From NCBI GenBank assembly GCA_039545335.1, contig BCIN01000002.1:2218484-2257842 (forward strand): a stretch of 39,359 bases of DNA, given 5' to 3'. The notes beneath the pieces are model-generated. The model did not search any database. It saw only the letters and a list, made by a program, of their open reading frames with translations, and was not told where the DNA came from. The stretch comes from Kondoa subrosea. Lineage: Eukaryota. Position numbers and translations under genes: made by a program. This document shows, piece by piece, positions 24,563 to 36,131 of the stretch (positions are counted from its first letter, which is position 1; every line of letters begins with the position of its first letter).

Positions 24563-25022
24563 CGCGCTCGTTGATGTAAGAGAAGCTAGAATCCGCAAAA
24601 CAACGTCAGCGGGTCATCGAAAGCGCAGAGCTGCAGAGAGGCTGACTGAGATAGACTTGTAGTGATAGCTGAGAGAGAGTTTCGCTGAGGATTCAGAGAC
24701 TTCAGACTTCGATTTGACAAAGTTAGCTCCGACGTATCAAGAAACGCCCAAAATAATGATGCCTTGGTAAGCGACAACCGCAAAGTCGGAAGAGCCGCTA
24801 TTGGGTGAGTGCTTTGCTTCATTCTCTTACTTTCTGTCACTTCTGCCGCTTCCGATTTCTTGCTTTCTTTCGTTTTCCTATTGTTTTCGGGTTTTCACTC
24901 TGTAGCACTTTGTAATGCAAGCTTCAAATGGTGCTGTCGTAGTGCTCAAAGTTCTTCTTCTCATCGGCTCTTTCATTTGAAGACCTTTCTCATACGATTG
25001 TACCATAACTATCGGCAGAACG

Positions 25023-25896
25023 ATGGAGGTACTCTTCTTTCTTTATGCTCTTTTTGCTATATCTAACTCTTAAGAGTAGACACTGGATCGTCATATCGGT
25101 TATTTATCCAACAGAGAAGTCCTAGACCTCTTAATAGAAGACCAACGTACTCAAACCGCAGCTGTTTCTGCATTGAAAGATGCTAGAAAAAAGTTAGAAG
25201 ATTCGCACAAGACTGAAGCTAAGAAGAAGTTGTTACCTAAATGGGATGAAAGGCAAGAGATTTCAAGATTGTTATTACCTGAGAACGTAAGGAGTATTCA
25301 AATTCAAGTCAGTTTCGTCGTGAAACCAAATTCATTCTGGTTTGGCAATTGATACAATTGACAGGCTATCGAGTTTTTGGAAGATACTGAATTCAATACC
25401 GTTAGACAAACAAGCGACAGCGTAGCTAAATTAACGCGAGAATTGGGTTCTTTCGAACCGGGTCTGACTAAATTGGAGAAGTTGCAATTGGTCAATATGA
25501 GTCCTGCTTATGAACCCGAAATCACAGTAGTAAGTGTTACATGGTCCCTCTTATGTGGTATTGTAGACTAATTGCATGCGCAACAAACAGATGATTGACA
25601 ACATCGAGCAACGTTTAGGCGATCGCTCTTCAGAATTACTAGAACTCATTCAATCTCATCTTTCAGCGCCAATATTACCAGCTGACGCAGATGCGAACAA
25701 AGAAAAGGCCAAGAGAGAAGCAGAGGAACTGGAAAGGCAAAGTCGGAAGGAAGCACGAGAGAATTTGGCGGATCAAGAAGAGCAAGCTGATCAGATGGAA
25801 GACGAGGATATGGAGGATGATGATTTAGTCGGTGCAGCGGGAGGCAAGAAAGCACCTACAGGAGATGTCGAATTAGATGAAGTTGTAGGCGATTAG
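25023..25896 (+). CDS. RPC17: RNA polymerase III subunit Rpc17/RPC9 (Rpb4/HRDC-like family)
   Basis: ME|TLDRHIGYLSNREVLDLL, ENVRSIQIQ|AIEFL, LTKLEKLQLVNMSP and MIDNIEQRL, then an acidic tail. Confidence 0.85.
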
Positions 25897-26113
25897 TCTG
25901 TAGTGATGGATAGGTGTTGCGGGTTTTAATGGTATAGAGGGCCTGGTGCTCATCATGCAGCACCGTATCAACATTGCTATAATACAGTTTTACATTTGCC
26001 TTGTATGATGCATCTTGTATATTCATCTTACAATTGTGAACAAAAAGTATTTACAACAATGAAGTATTCCGTCTTGCCTTCACCTATGTAGAGAGCTAAA
26101 TATACTGAGCGCG

Positions 26114-27313
26114 TCACTGTGAAAGTCAAGTTCAGCACATTCGAACAATTCGATCGCGAATGACAACTCACGCTCTGAGTACATTGCTGATCAATAACAG
26201 CAGCTGTCCCTCTTCTCGAATATCCAGGCAATTCCTGCTCATGTAAAGTCCTTTCCAGATCTTCATCAAGAACAGGAGCTGCTCCAGCACCCCGTTGAGC
26301 GAAATAATGATCCAAAGCCGGATCAACATGACATTCTTTTTGCTGTTGTTCCAATTGGGCTCGAGCAGTAAAAGTTTGTATAAGTAATGGACAAGCGAAA
26401 CCGTTATTCGTCGAAGCTGTTTTCAGTTGAGGGAAATCTTTCCGTAATCGGTTAGTCGCTTCTAGACCTTGAGGTGTAGTAGCTTTTTCAATTGTCATAT
26501 CAGGTTTACCCTGAAGCAAAAGATGAGATGGATTGACCTGGCAGAACACCTATTCTTCGCCCTCCTGATACTGATTCCATTGCAAGAGCCTTGAATTGCT
26601 GCCCTCCAACTCGGAGAACGTGCAAGCGATTTCTGGTAAAGCATTGACATCAGTTTATGCCGATATAAAGACTCGACAGACATACGTGACCCAAAGATGT
26701 ATACAAAGGGTCCTGATCTTGGCAATGACTCGTTCGCAGGAAGAATCTGCACAAACATCAGGCGACGTGCGAGAAGCTTGAATAACGATAGACTTACTCC
26801 TCATGAATTTGCTAGTGCCATAGTCAGAATGATTCCTCATACGCGAGAAGTACAACTCACGCAACAATGTACTGCCAAGACCAATCAATTAAAAGTACAA
26901 GCAGTCGTTGAAAAACGCACGCAAGTAAGGACTTCTTCGATAGCTATCACATCTTCACCGCATTTGCCCAATAGATGAGCTGTCGCCTGACATTACTGTC
27001 ATCAGCACGCATGAAAAGCGGAGAGCCGGGGCTTCACATACGATCTGATTCAACATAGCGATTACAGAAGAGGCAAGGGACGCAAAGTAGAGAAAAGGGG
27101 AAGGCCAAAGCCAGGCTATATAGAGAGGTCTCGAGTTGTACACCAAGTTGAGCGGGAATTGCAGATTACGAAAGCAGGCTTAGATACTTGGCGAATCGAT
27201 GGACTGTGCTGGATCTGTGCAGTTGACTGGTATCCCGATGTATTGAGACTCTGCGTGGTATAGCTTGCTGATGGGTGCGAGAAGAAAGTAATTACAAGCA
27301 GAAGTCGTCTCAT
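26114..27313 (-). CDS. Multi-exon hypothetical protein with a CxxC...H...C motif (start uncertain)
   Basis: Canonical introns join LALAFPFSLLCVPCLFCNRYVESD|PHLLGKCGEDVIAIEEVLTC|YIVA|KFMR|NSSCERVIAKIRTLCIHLWVT|NRLHVLRVGGQQFKALAMESVSGGRRIGVLP|ATTPQG...QQCTQS|* in one frame. Confidence 0.6.
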
Positions 27314-27365
27314 TCCACCATTCGCCTGATTTCAGCTGTACAGCACAGCTTGTGATTAAGGAGCT

Positions 27366-28375
27366 ATGGGTCAGTGGATCTATCTGTTCCAGCTTGATTG
27401 AGGCTAACCCGCTTGTTGCAGTTCTCGGTAAGACCCTGCTTGCAAGACTCGTTCAATTTGGCTCACAATGCCCCGCTAGTGCTTGTGATAGGCGATCTGC
27501 ATATTCCTTATAGGTAAGAGAAGCTCTGAGGTCGCAATTGTGCGTCCCTCTAGAGCTGCCTTACAGATGTCATGACCTGCCAGCGAAGTTCAAGAAATTG
27601 CTAGTGCCAGGCAAGATTCAGCAGATCCTATGCAAGTCCACTCGACTGTGCACTAGGATCCAGCTCAAAGATTGCTTTAGGTACGGGGAATGTGTGCGAT
27701 AGAGAAACCTTCGATTATCTGCGAGGAGTCGCGCCGGATGTGAGATGCGTGCGAGGGGATTGGGACGAAGTAAGTAGTCTCGAATATATGTACCTATCTG
27801 TGACTCATCAAATAGTAGAACAATGCCTTTCCACCTTCACTTGTTTTGCAGCATGGACCGCTTCGGATAGGCCTCATACATGGTCATCAAGCTGTTCCTT
27901 TAGGCGATAACGAGTCATTGGCAGCAATAGCGCGGACAATGGACGTGGATGTATTGATCAGTGGAGGAACGCATCGGTGAGTGGAGATGCTGTTGCTTTG
28001 ATGGATTCTTATCTAAAGAACTCACGCTCATCTCACAGTTTCGAAGGCTACGAGCTAGAGAACCGTTTCTTCGTCAATCCTGGATCCGCTTCAGGAGCAT
28101 TCATGACTTCTTCCAGTTTCTCAGCGCAAAGTCCGTCAGATCCAGCAGCAACTAACTCAAGCACGAATCCTCCTTCTCCTACTCCTTCTTTCGTACTTTT
28201 GGATATCCAGGGTTTCGTGATCGTCACGTATGTGTACCAGTTGATCAATGATGAGGTCAAGGTGGAGAAGGTGAGTCCCGAGAATGTTTAATCGTGCACA
28301 AGCTGATATGGGCGCAAGGTGGAGGTTCGCATAGGTGGTCCAGGTACGCCAGCTGCAGGTCAGCGACAGACATAG
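27366..28375 (+). CDS. VPS29: Retromer subunit Vps29 (metallophosphoesterase fold)
   Basis: Spliced [40 protein letters not shown]...VRGDWDE...IHGHQ...[12 protein letters not shown]...[12 protein letters not shown]...[10 protein letters not shown]...[14 protein letters not shown]. Confidence 0.97.
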
Positions 28376-28882
28376 CATCAAAGCTACATGTGCATGTATG
28401 AGTTTCTCTTTCATTGCAAGACGATCAGGCAACTTCTGTTCTATCGCCTCAGTCCGCTCTGTTGTCTTTAAGTGCATCGGTCTCTCCTCTGCAGAAACAA
28501 CTGCTTCTATCATATTTCCATTCTGAGATTTATTGTGAGTGGTACATGTCAGAACATTTTCGCGTGATATCGCGCCCGGGAAAAAGCCTGGCGAGTTCTG
28601 CTGACCTCCGGCTGCTCTCATCTGCCTTCCATCGCGTCGTTCAGCATATTCTTTCGCGAAAGCGATTGCTAAATTGCTGATTCCAAAGACCCGCTCAGAC
28701 TTCCATTAACGCCTAATCTTCCTTCTTCATTGGACACTGAGCGCAGGTAGCATTGAGCAGTGTATATAGCTACTTTGTAACGTGGACTAGTTCTGGACCT
28801 TGTTTATCCAACAAACCGTAAACATTAAAGTTGCTCACTCGAGTCTCTTCTTCTCAACGCACCATCACGTTCCGACCGACAG

Positions 28883-30359
28883 ATGGATCCTCTACAGACA
28901 TTGCAACAGCCAGCTCAGGCTACCAACAAGGGGCATCAGCAGCGAAACAGTCTCCAGGCCAGCAGTCTAAAGAAGATGCCTAGGTACGTGATGTTTAAAG
29001 ACTGGCTTCTGTGGGAGCTGCTTCTTACATTGGTCGAATAGTCTGGCTGAGCTGCGTCTGAGACTCAAAGACAAGCTACCAGCTGGCGCCCTGGATGATC
29101 CACCAAACTCAAGTGATCATGTTTCAGCTATTTCACCCACAGATCACATTCATCGTCTGTCTACTGTGTCTCCTCGAATGTCTCCAGTCAAGGCTTTCCC
29201 TCCCTCAACGAAAGATGGACCAATGTTACCTCCTCCGCCTGGACTGATGATGAGAGCAGCAAGCACAAACAGCATGCCTACTCTAGCTGTCATTGAACGT
29301 CGTTTCGCTGGTCGGAACACTGAAGCACGTACTTTGGCTTCTCCTACTCCTTCCCTTTCCGTCAATACTGGTTCTCCTTCACTCAAGATTATCGGCGGAG
29401 AAGATATGTTTCGTTCCAAATCTGTATGTACTATCTCATTTTACGCGTCAAGATTGCAAAAGAGCTGATGAGAAGTGACACAAGGCACCTGAAGCTCCTT
29501 CACCTATTTCTGCAACCTCTTGTCATCCTTTACAAAGACCTTGGACTCTCTTTGCCGATACAAAGCATTCAGTTGCAGCTTCACCAACAGTAACGAAAGC
29601 CAGTCCAGCAACTTATACAGCTACAATGACTCGAGTTGGTACAGTTACTTCAATTGAAGCTTTTGCTCGATTGATGAATTGGTCCAAACGACCATCTCAA
29701 CTTTTAAATGGAGCGAATCTTTCTGTTTTCCGTGATGAAATTCATCCGACTTGGGAAGATGCTGCTAATACTAAAGGAGGGAAATGGAGTGTTTTGTTGA
29801 AAGCATCAAAAACTGGTGGAAGAGTTGATGAGTTTTGGTTGAACATTCTCTTGGCTTTGATTGGTGAACAAATTGAACCGGAAGAATTCGTCACTGGTGC
29901 TGTTTGTAGTGTGAGGGATCGAGGTCACCGGATTCAGCTTTGGATCAAGGATAAGACGGATATTGAGAAGATCAATCAGGTTGGCAAACAGATTGCAGAC
30001 TGTTTGGCTTTGATAGATGGCCAAGGAGTGACCCTGGAGTTCAGTGTATGTGCTCTTCGACTTCCCTGCCGTCGTACTGAGCTGATGAGCTGTAACAGTA
30101 CCATCAAGGTTCAGCATCAGGTATCGCCGGCAAGCTGTTCAAGATTGTTCCAGCGTTGAATCCAGTTGGACAACCTCTCATCAGCAGATCTACTTCAATG
30201 CCTCATAACTTATCTATTCAAGTACCTTCTTCTCCTCAGAAGTCGCCCTTAGGTTTCAGTGGATTCTTACCTTCTCCTACTTTTGCACCAAGATCACCTT
30301 CATCTCCTCGCCGGTTGGCGACTGCTCAACTTATCACGGACGAGAACAGAGTCGCTTGA
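28883..30359 (+). CDS. Atypical eIF4E-family cap-binding protein with long Ser/Pro-rich N- and C-terminal extensions
   Basis: HPLQRPWTLF, FRDEIHPTWEDAANTKGGKW, VDEFWLNILLALIGEQ and GAVCSVRDRGHRIQLW. Stop TGA 30357-30359. Confidence 0.9.
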
Positions 30360-30770
30360 ACACATTCACACCTACTCATCGCCATATCATCTCACTCATG
30401 CATCCGCTTGCTGTCTTGCTTGTCGTTTTAGTTATTAGATTGTATATAACGCATCAGTCATTTTGTATTCTTCTGTGCAGTGTTCTCTTGCAATAGCATT
30501 TTCTTTGTCGCGCTTCACAGCTTGTTGTTGATTTTCAGCGAAATTAATGATCAAGGTTTCTCTTGTACAGTCACCGGACTTGCTAACACCCTGAGAAGCA
30601 TAGGACTGCATCTCTTGATTCCCATCGTACCGCATCCGCGAGCGCCAGGTCTCGTCTAGCGGCTCGAAAACGAGTTGCCTCGGAGTCTGGGACCGACTGT
30701 GCTCGAAGCATCTCACGCTGTTTTCATCTGTCTCTCTCTCCTTCCTTATGTCCTGGCGTACTGAGCTGTG

Positions 30771-33529
30771 ATGGAAGTCCGCAAGCTTTCAACGGAAGTG
30801 ACGAGAAATCTACGCAGTGCAGTTCTGGTTACTTCACTTTGTGATTGTATCGAAGAAGTGCTGTACAATTGTGCGCTTCCTGATTCAGACACAAACTTTG
30901 TGTGTGTAATCTGCTTTCGGAAAATACAGCATTGGACGCTGGTAGCTCGGTCATTGAAGTCGCTCTTTCTGTTGGTCAATGGTCTGCGAGAATAACAGAT
31001 AATGGAAATGGTATTCAAGCGAATCATCTTGCTAGAATAGGAGAGAGGAACCGTTTGTGAGAATAATTTGACCAAAGGATGATAGCTGAAGATAATTGGC
31101 AGTGACGACTAAACTGGATGGATCAGCATTCGGCTCGAGAGGTGAAGGTAAGATTCACATATACATATATTGAGACATGTAACTAATACGGATGGTCAGC
31201 TCTGGCCAGTATTGCTGAATTAGCCTACCTGGAAATTCATTCTCGTCACAATGGAAGCTCGCAGACCTACACTTCGATTCTTCGTGTAACATCTCTCTCT
31301 GCTCCCAGCTCCGATATTCGCTCATAGTGCTCTTAGGGTGGAAAACAAATGGCTTTTGGACCCTCAAAGCAACACCGTCAAAGGTTGCTCAGCGGCACTT
31401 CTGTTCAAATTCGTGATCTATTCTACAATATGCCAGCACGAAGAACAGCCGTCTCTACTTCCAGTGCTTCCTTAGCTACAATCAAGCGGAAAGTTCAGAT
31501 GATCGCATTGGCTCATCCGCATGTCGATTTCAGCTTGAATGATCTCGAGAAGGAGATAAACCGCAACTTACTGAAGTTGAAGCCTGTTGAAAGTCATGTT
31601 GAACGATGGAATCAGCTTTGGGGTGGAAGTGCATTAGAGGTCGGTGGCAGACTGGACCCCATATCGATTTCTGATCTGACGGAATTATCGCAGAAAATCG
31701 AGCCTATACAGCATACTTTTGCCCGAGGTACCGTAAAAGGCTTCTTCTCCCTCTCTGCGGCTAGCAGCAAACTCTTCCAATTCATTTGTACGTTGATAGC
31801 ACTCTCAAAAATGCACGAGACTCATGCAGCTCGACAGATGTCAATAATCAGCCAGTTGAGGCCGAGAACGTCTGTAAGGAGGTCAACAGGATGTTCAGAG
31901 CCAGTTCCTTCTCAGCCAAGGTGAGCATTTCTCTGCTTATTCGGTCAAATTTGGTTAACAGTACTACCAGGCGGAGAATGAGTCTAGGTCGACCTATGTT
32001 TCGCCGCAGCCTTCCTCGAAGCAGTTGCCAGAACGTCTGACACCAGCCAAGTCACCCAATAAGCCCGAGAGATATCCCATGTTTTTGCTGCTCGTGGAAT
32101 TCTCTGCTGGACAAAAGAGCCCAAGTGACGTTTCTCAGCCAAGCTCGAGCTTCGTCAGTTGCATAACCTCTCTTTGATACTGCACCGGTCTTGATTCTGG
32201 ACTATAGCGCTTGGGACCATTGCAATCTATTCTGGAAGATATCACAGCAACTTTCTTACAGAATCACAACTTTGTCAAGAAGCGCAACCCAAAATTCAAT
32301 TCTACTGATCAATTATCTCCTCTTGCATTCCCAGTACATCAATCCTCAAAGGTCGAAATCTCGCAAAGCTGTGTGAGTATTGAGCTGTTGCTGTATATTA
32401 CTAGCCTGATTTTCTTCGATCAGCGGTCCACAGCTTTGAGCGATCTACGAGCAGGTGTTGATGTTTTTGGTGAGACTTCTCAAACGAAAGCCTGCATTTC
32501 GAATTCTGCTCGCGAAAGTCATGCCACACCTATGCTGCATACTACCGAAGAACACGCAAGAAGCATGTCACTGGAGCCTGACAAGCGTTCGACGAGCTGG
32601 ATAGACGAGGCTTTGCTGAGCGACCCGCGGCAATCTGCTCAGAAGAAAACACAATTAGCTATTCCCGCCATGGGCAATGATTTCTCGCCCTTTTCATATG
32701 ATCCTGAAGCTGAGACAACGCCTGTCCTTGTTGAGCTGCTCGAATCCGCTGTCTACATCGCTCAAATGGATGAAAAGTTCCTACTTTGTCGATCGAATTC
32801 CAGCAAAGGAAAGCAGCATATACTACTCATCGATCAACATGCTGCCGATGAGCGGGTCAGAGTCGAACGATTCTTCTCCGAATATTGCGATCAAGCTCAA
32901 TTTGGCAATGTCAAGACTGTGCCATGTGATGCTTCAATCTTGCTGAACAATAGTACAACCACGTTACTAGAAGACAGTATGCTTCAGATTTGCGGTAAAT
33001 GGGGCTTTTCTGTCGCATTTGAAGTCGAACAAGGAATCAACCAGCAGCAGATGCGGGTCCAATCCGTACCTGCGATCATTTCGGGACGCCTATTGGCGGA
33101 GCCAAAATTACTTACTGACTTGTTACGTGTGTGCTCTGATTGAACAGCCTGGTATGGCTTCTGAGTATGGGTGCAGATCTCTTTTTCGGTCAACTGTCAG
33201 AACGGCCTCAAACTAGTATCGAAGGTCGTCATCGTCAATGGATTAGCTTGCTGCCTGATATGCCACAAACGGCTGTAGATCTGATCAATTCGAAAGCCTG
33301 TCGAGGTAGGTGATTCACTTAAGCATGATCAATCGCTTACATTTGTTAAGGCGCGATCATGTTCAACGATAGACTCACTTTTGGGCAAGGCCAAGATCTG
33401 CTATCAAGTCTGCGTCAGACCTTCTTTCCTCTTCAGTGTGCGCACGGGAGACCATCAATGATGCAGCTTCCGTTGTTCGATTCCGGAGCAGAATTGACTA
33501 GACCAGTCAATTGGAGTCTCATTGACTAG
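30771..33529 (+). CDS. MLH3: MutL-family mismatch repair/meiotic crossover endonuclease Mlh3
   Basis: GHKL ATPase motifs EEVLYNSLDAG, DNGNGI, FGSRGEALASI and GTSVQIRDLFYNMPARR. Endonuclease motif DQHAADERVRVE, plus SKACRGAIMFND and FPLQCAHGRPSM. Confidence 0.93.
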
Positions 33530-33863
33530 TAGACACTATCTCTACAACTGGAACCGTCGATCATATGCCTTACCTGGTTTATCTAATATCGATGGCCAGA
33601 CCTTTTTCAGCTTCGGCGTGGTCTCTTGCAAGAATAAGGACGATGGGATGGGTTCCGTGCTTCTGTGCGTTCCGTCCCGTTGCTTTGCGGCAACTCATAT
33701 CGCTCAGGAGGCTGATCATTTCTCTCATCAATTACAGAAGTCGCCGAGTGACGAGAAGATTCGCATGGGTGCGGCGATGGGTATTTTATATATGAACTCC
33801 GGCGTCTCGTGTAATGGGGTCCCAACCGGAGTCGGTCAGTTCATCACAAGCTCAAGGTATCAT

Positions 33864-33908
33864 TCAAGTCCAGTCACGTCAAGTCAAATCAAGTCAAGTC
33901 AAGTCAAA
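33864..33908. repeat. Imperfect pentanucleotide microsatellite (TCAAG)n, about 9 units
   Basis: tcaag tccag tcacg tcaag tcaaa tcaag tcaag tcaag tcaaa, read directly from the sequence. Confidence 0.85.
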
Positions 33909-34093
33909 TGTTTTACACGGAATTTTTTTTTGGTTTCGTTGCGTCGCGATACCCAAAAGCTATGTACAAGTAAAAGCTACTTACAAGAAAGTATAAAGTC
34001 AAGCCGCAAACTCAGGCAGTATTGTCAGCTCGTTTACAAAAGTACGGTATCATGATATACTATACGCCCTGCCCTCTTGTTCCATATCTTCTT

Positions 34094-35710
34094 TCACGCG
34101 CGATTTTCTCTTCGAACTTCTCGATCATTGACTCTGGCAGCTCCGTTGACGTAGTTTCGCTTACGCTTCATGATAGGCCTGACTTCAGCCCGAGGTGCAT
34201 TGGGAACAGGAACGATGACGTCGTCCTCTGCGAATCGAACGCGCCTTCTAGCTGGACCTGCTTCGTTATTGACATTGTGGTTTGGCAGGACTTGGTTCGG
34301 AAGGTTAACGACATCTTCAACAGGACGTCTTCTTCGACCCAGAGCAGGAGCTACAGGAGCTTGAGCGGCTATTCGCATATCAAGATCTGCAATATGATCA
34401 ATCAGCCGTCTGATCTCAGCATCCTGCACACGATTAAACTGACCGGCGATAGCTGCCATCTGCGCTCGCATGAGATTCCTGTCGCCTGCTTCAGCCACAC
34501 CTCTTGTCGCCTCTCTCAACGCTTGCATTTGCCTATCTTCAGCCAGAATCTTGTGAGCTTGATCGTGCAGCTCCGGGTTGGCTTGTCGAGGAATGACGAG
34601 GACCAGCTGGTCGAGCTGAATTCGAGCTTCCTCGGTAAGCTGGACCCGATTGTGATTGGCTTTTGCTGCTCGGATCGTGTCGACGATCATTCGCATTCTC
34701 GCCAGCATTCGAGGCAAAGGATTTCTTTCAGCTCGTTCATGGGCTTCTGCTTTCTTTGCGTTTGCTACTGCAGTTTCTTTTGCATTCTTGATGACTTCCT
34801 TGGCTTCTTCTTCCCTCACTTTGCGATAGTCATTGAATTCTTTGATTTTGTCTGTTTCACCATTGTCCAGCCATTGCTTTATACGGAGGTTTGTGAGATA
34901 GGTAACGAGGGTTTCGATGTGTTTAAGATGGTTTGTGAAAGACTTGGCTGGGTGTTGACACATTGGACATTTCGCTGACGGAAACCACCAAGGAATGACG
35001 CAAGAATGACAGAAAGAGTGACCACATGGCAAGGCGACAGGCTGCAAGAATGGATCGCGACAGATGGCACAGGTTATTTCTTCTTCTACTGATTCTTGAA
35101 AGGCTGCAGCAGATCTGTCTTCTTTTGGCTTGACTTGAAGAGGGAGAGGATCGGTTTGGATGGCGATGCTTCTAGCGTGGACAGTTTTCGTTGCGGTGAG
35201 ACGCTCAGGCTCAGGACTTGGAGCTCTCTCCCTTGTGAAGCGGCGAAGAGTGCCCAAGTCTGATGGTAATTTTGTAAGACATTTTTCAGGGTCATTGTCA
35301 GGGCGTAAATTACCTTGCTCAAGCTTCGGCGAAGAAGCTGCAGTACCAACAGAAGACGACGCGCCGGTGAGGAGGGTCGGGGGAGTAGAGAAGTATCGAG
35401 CTTTGCCTTTGTTGTCTGAAGTTGGCTTGTCGAGAATTTCATTTGGCGGAGTTTCTAATTCTGGCCATGGACTACCTACTTGAGTGACAGTATCCACTTC
35501 CATCATCTCGTCTTCCTCATCACTGCTTCCTTGCACCGACGACTTTCTTACATACGAGCCATCTTCAGCGACATCGAGAAGCTGAAGCTTGTCATACAAA
35601 GATTTGCCATCGAGGGCAAAATTGCTACTGAATTGCTTTTGCGTATCGATGTTCTCATTGGTCAATCGCTCTACTGGAGGAGATCCAGACATTGAATGAT
35701 CAGAAGACAT
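34094..35710 (-). CDS. C3HC4 RING-finger protein (putative E3 ubiquitin ligase), apparently single-exon
   Basis: 538-aa ORF with CAICRDPFLQPVALPCGHSFCHSCVIPWWFPSAKCPMC, an acidic disordered N-terminus and a helical Arg/Ala-rich C-terminus. Confidence 0.85.
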   Translation of the reverse strand: MSSDHSMSGSPPVERLTNENIDTQKQFSSNFALDGKSLYDKLQLLDVAEDGSYVRKSSVQGSSDEEDEMMEVDTVTQVGSPWPELETPPNEILDKPTSDNKGKARYFSTPPTLLTGASSSVGTAASSPKLEQGNLRPDNDPEKCLTKLPSDLGTLRRFTRERAPSPEPERLTATKTVHARSIAIQTDPLPLQVKPKEDRSAAAFQESVEEEITCAICRDPFLQPVALPCGHSFCHSCVIPWWFPSAKCPMCQHPAKSFTNHLKHIETLVTYLTNLRIKQWLDNGETDKIKEFNDYRKVREEEAKEVIKNAKETAVANAKKAEAHERAERNPLPRMLARMRMIVDTIRAAKANHNRVQLTEEARIQLDQLVLVIPRQANPELHDQAHKILAEDRQMQALREATRGVAEAGDRNLMRAQMAAIAGQFNRVQDAEIRRLIDHIADLDMRIAAQAPVAPALGRRRRPVEDVVNLPNQVLPNHNVNNEAGPARRRVRFAEDDVIVPVPNAPRAEVRPIMKRKRNYVNGAARVNDREVRRENRA

Positions 35711-35872
35711 TTTTATGATATGCTATGGCTAATCTAGTGAGGGTGCTACAAGAGCTAATATTGCTATAATGTATTTAGAAAGCGAGTAACCTTGTTGATT
35801 GGCTGTCTGCGATTTTTGGAATTGTGGCGCAAGATAGCCGTTCAGGCAAAGAGGCAAAATTGAAAATAGGCA

Positions 35873-35880
35873 TTTATATA
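35873..35880 (-). promoter_or_regulatory. Candidate TATA box of the RING gene
   Basis: TATATAAA on the minus strand about 165 nt upstream of the ATG at 35710. Confidence 0.4.
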
Positions 35881-36131
35881 GCCATTCCCGCCACCTCGAT
35901 ACGTGACCGGTGCCTCGGGAAGCCGTGGATTAAGGGACTAGACCGGCCGGAGAGCACTGTCGGGAGCACAAGAGGATTGTAGAGGCCACCAGGGAGAGAA
36001 AAGGTAGAAAGAAAGAAGGTAAAATGACGAAAAGAACCGTTTTGATGGAAAAAGGGAAAAGAAGACGAATCATAGCTTGACGATAGTAGCTTGCATGGCT
36101 TACTGACTACTCTTAGCCTCGCTCTTCATCA

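Noticed and set aside
26900..26990. GKCGEDVIAIEEVLTC resembling an OS-9/MRH lectin segment
   Set aside because: Flanking exons do not continue the MRH pattern and no signal peptide was seen.
33522..34055. 177-aa plus-strand ORF after MLH3
   Set aside because: Non-ATG start overlapping the MLH3 stop; it runs through the microsatellite and has no motifs.
34022..34978. 318-aa plus-strand ORF
   Set aside because: It lies antisense to the RING gene, starts at a non-ATG codon and has no recognisable motifs; most likely a shadow ORF.
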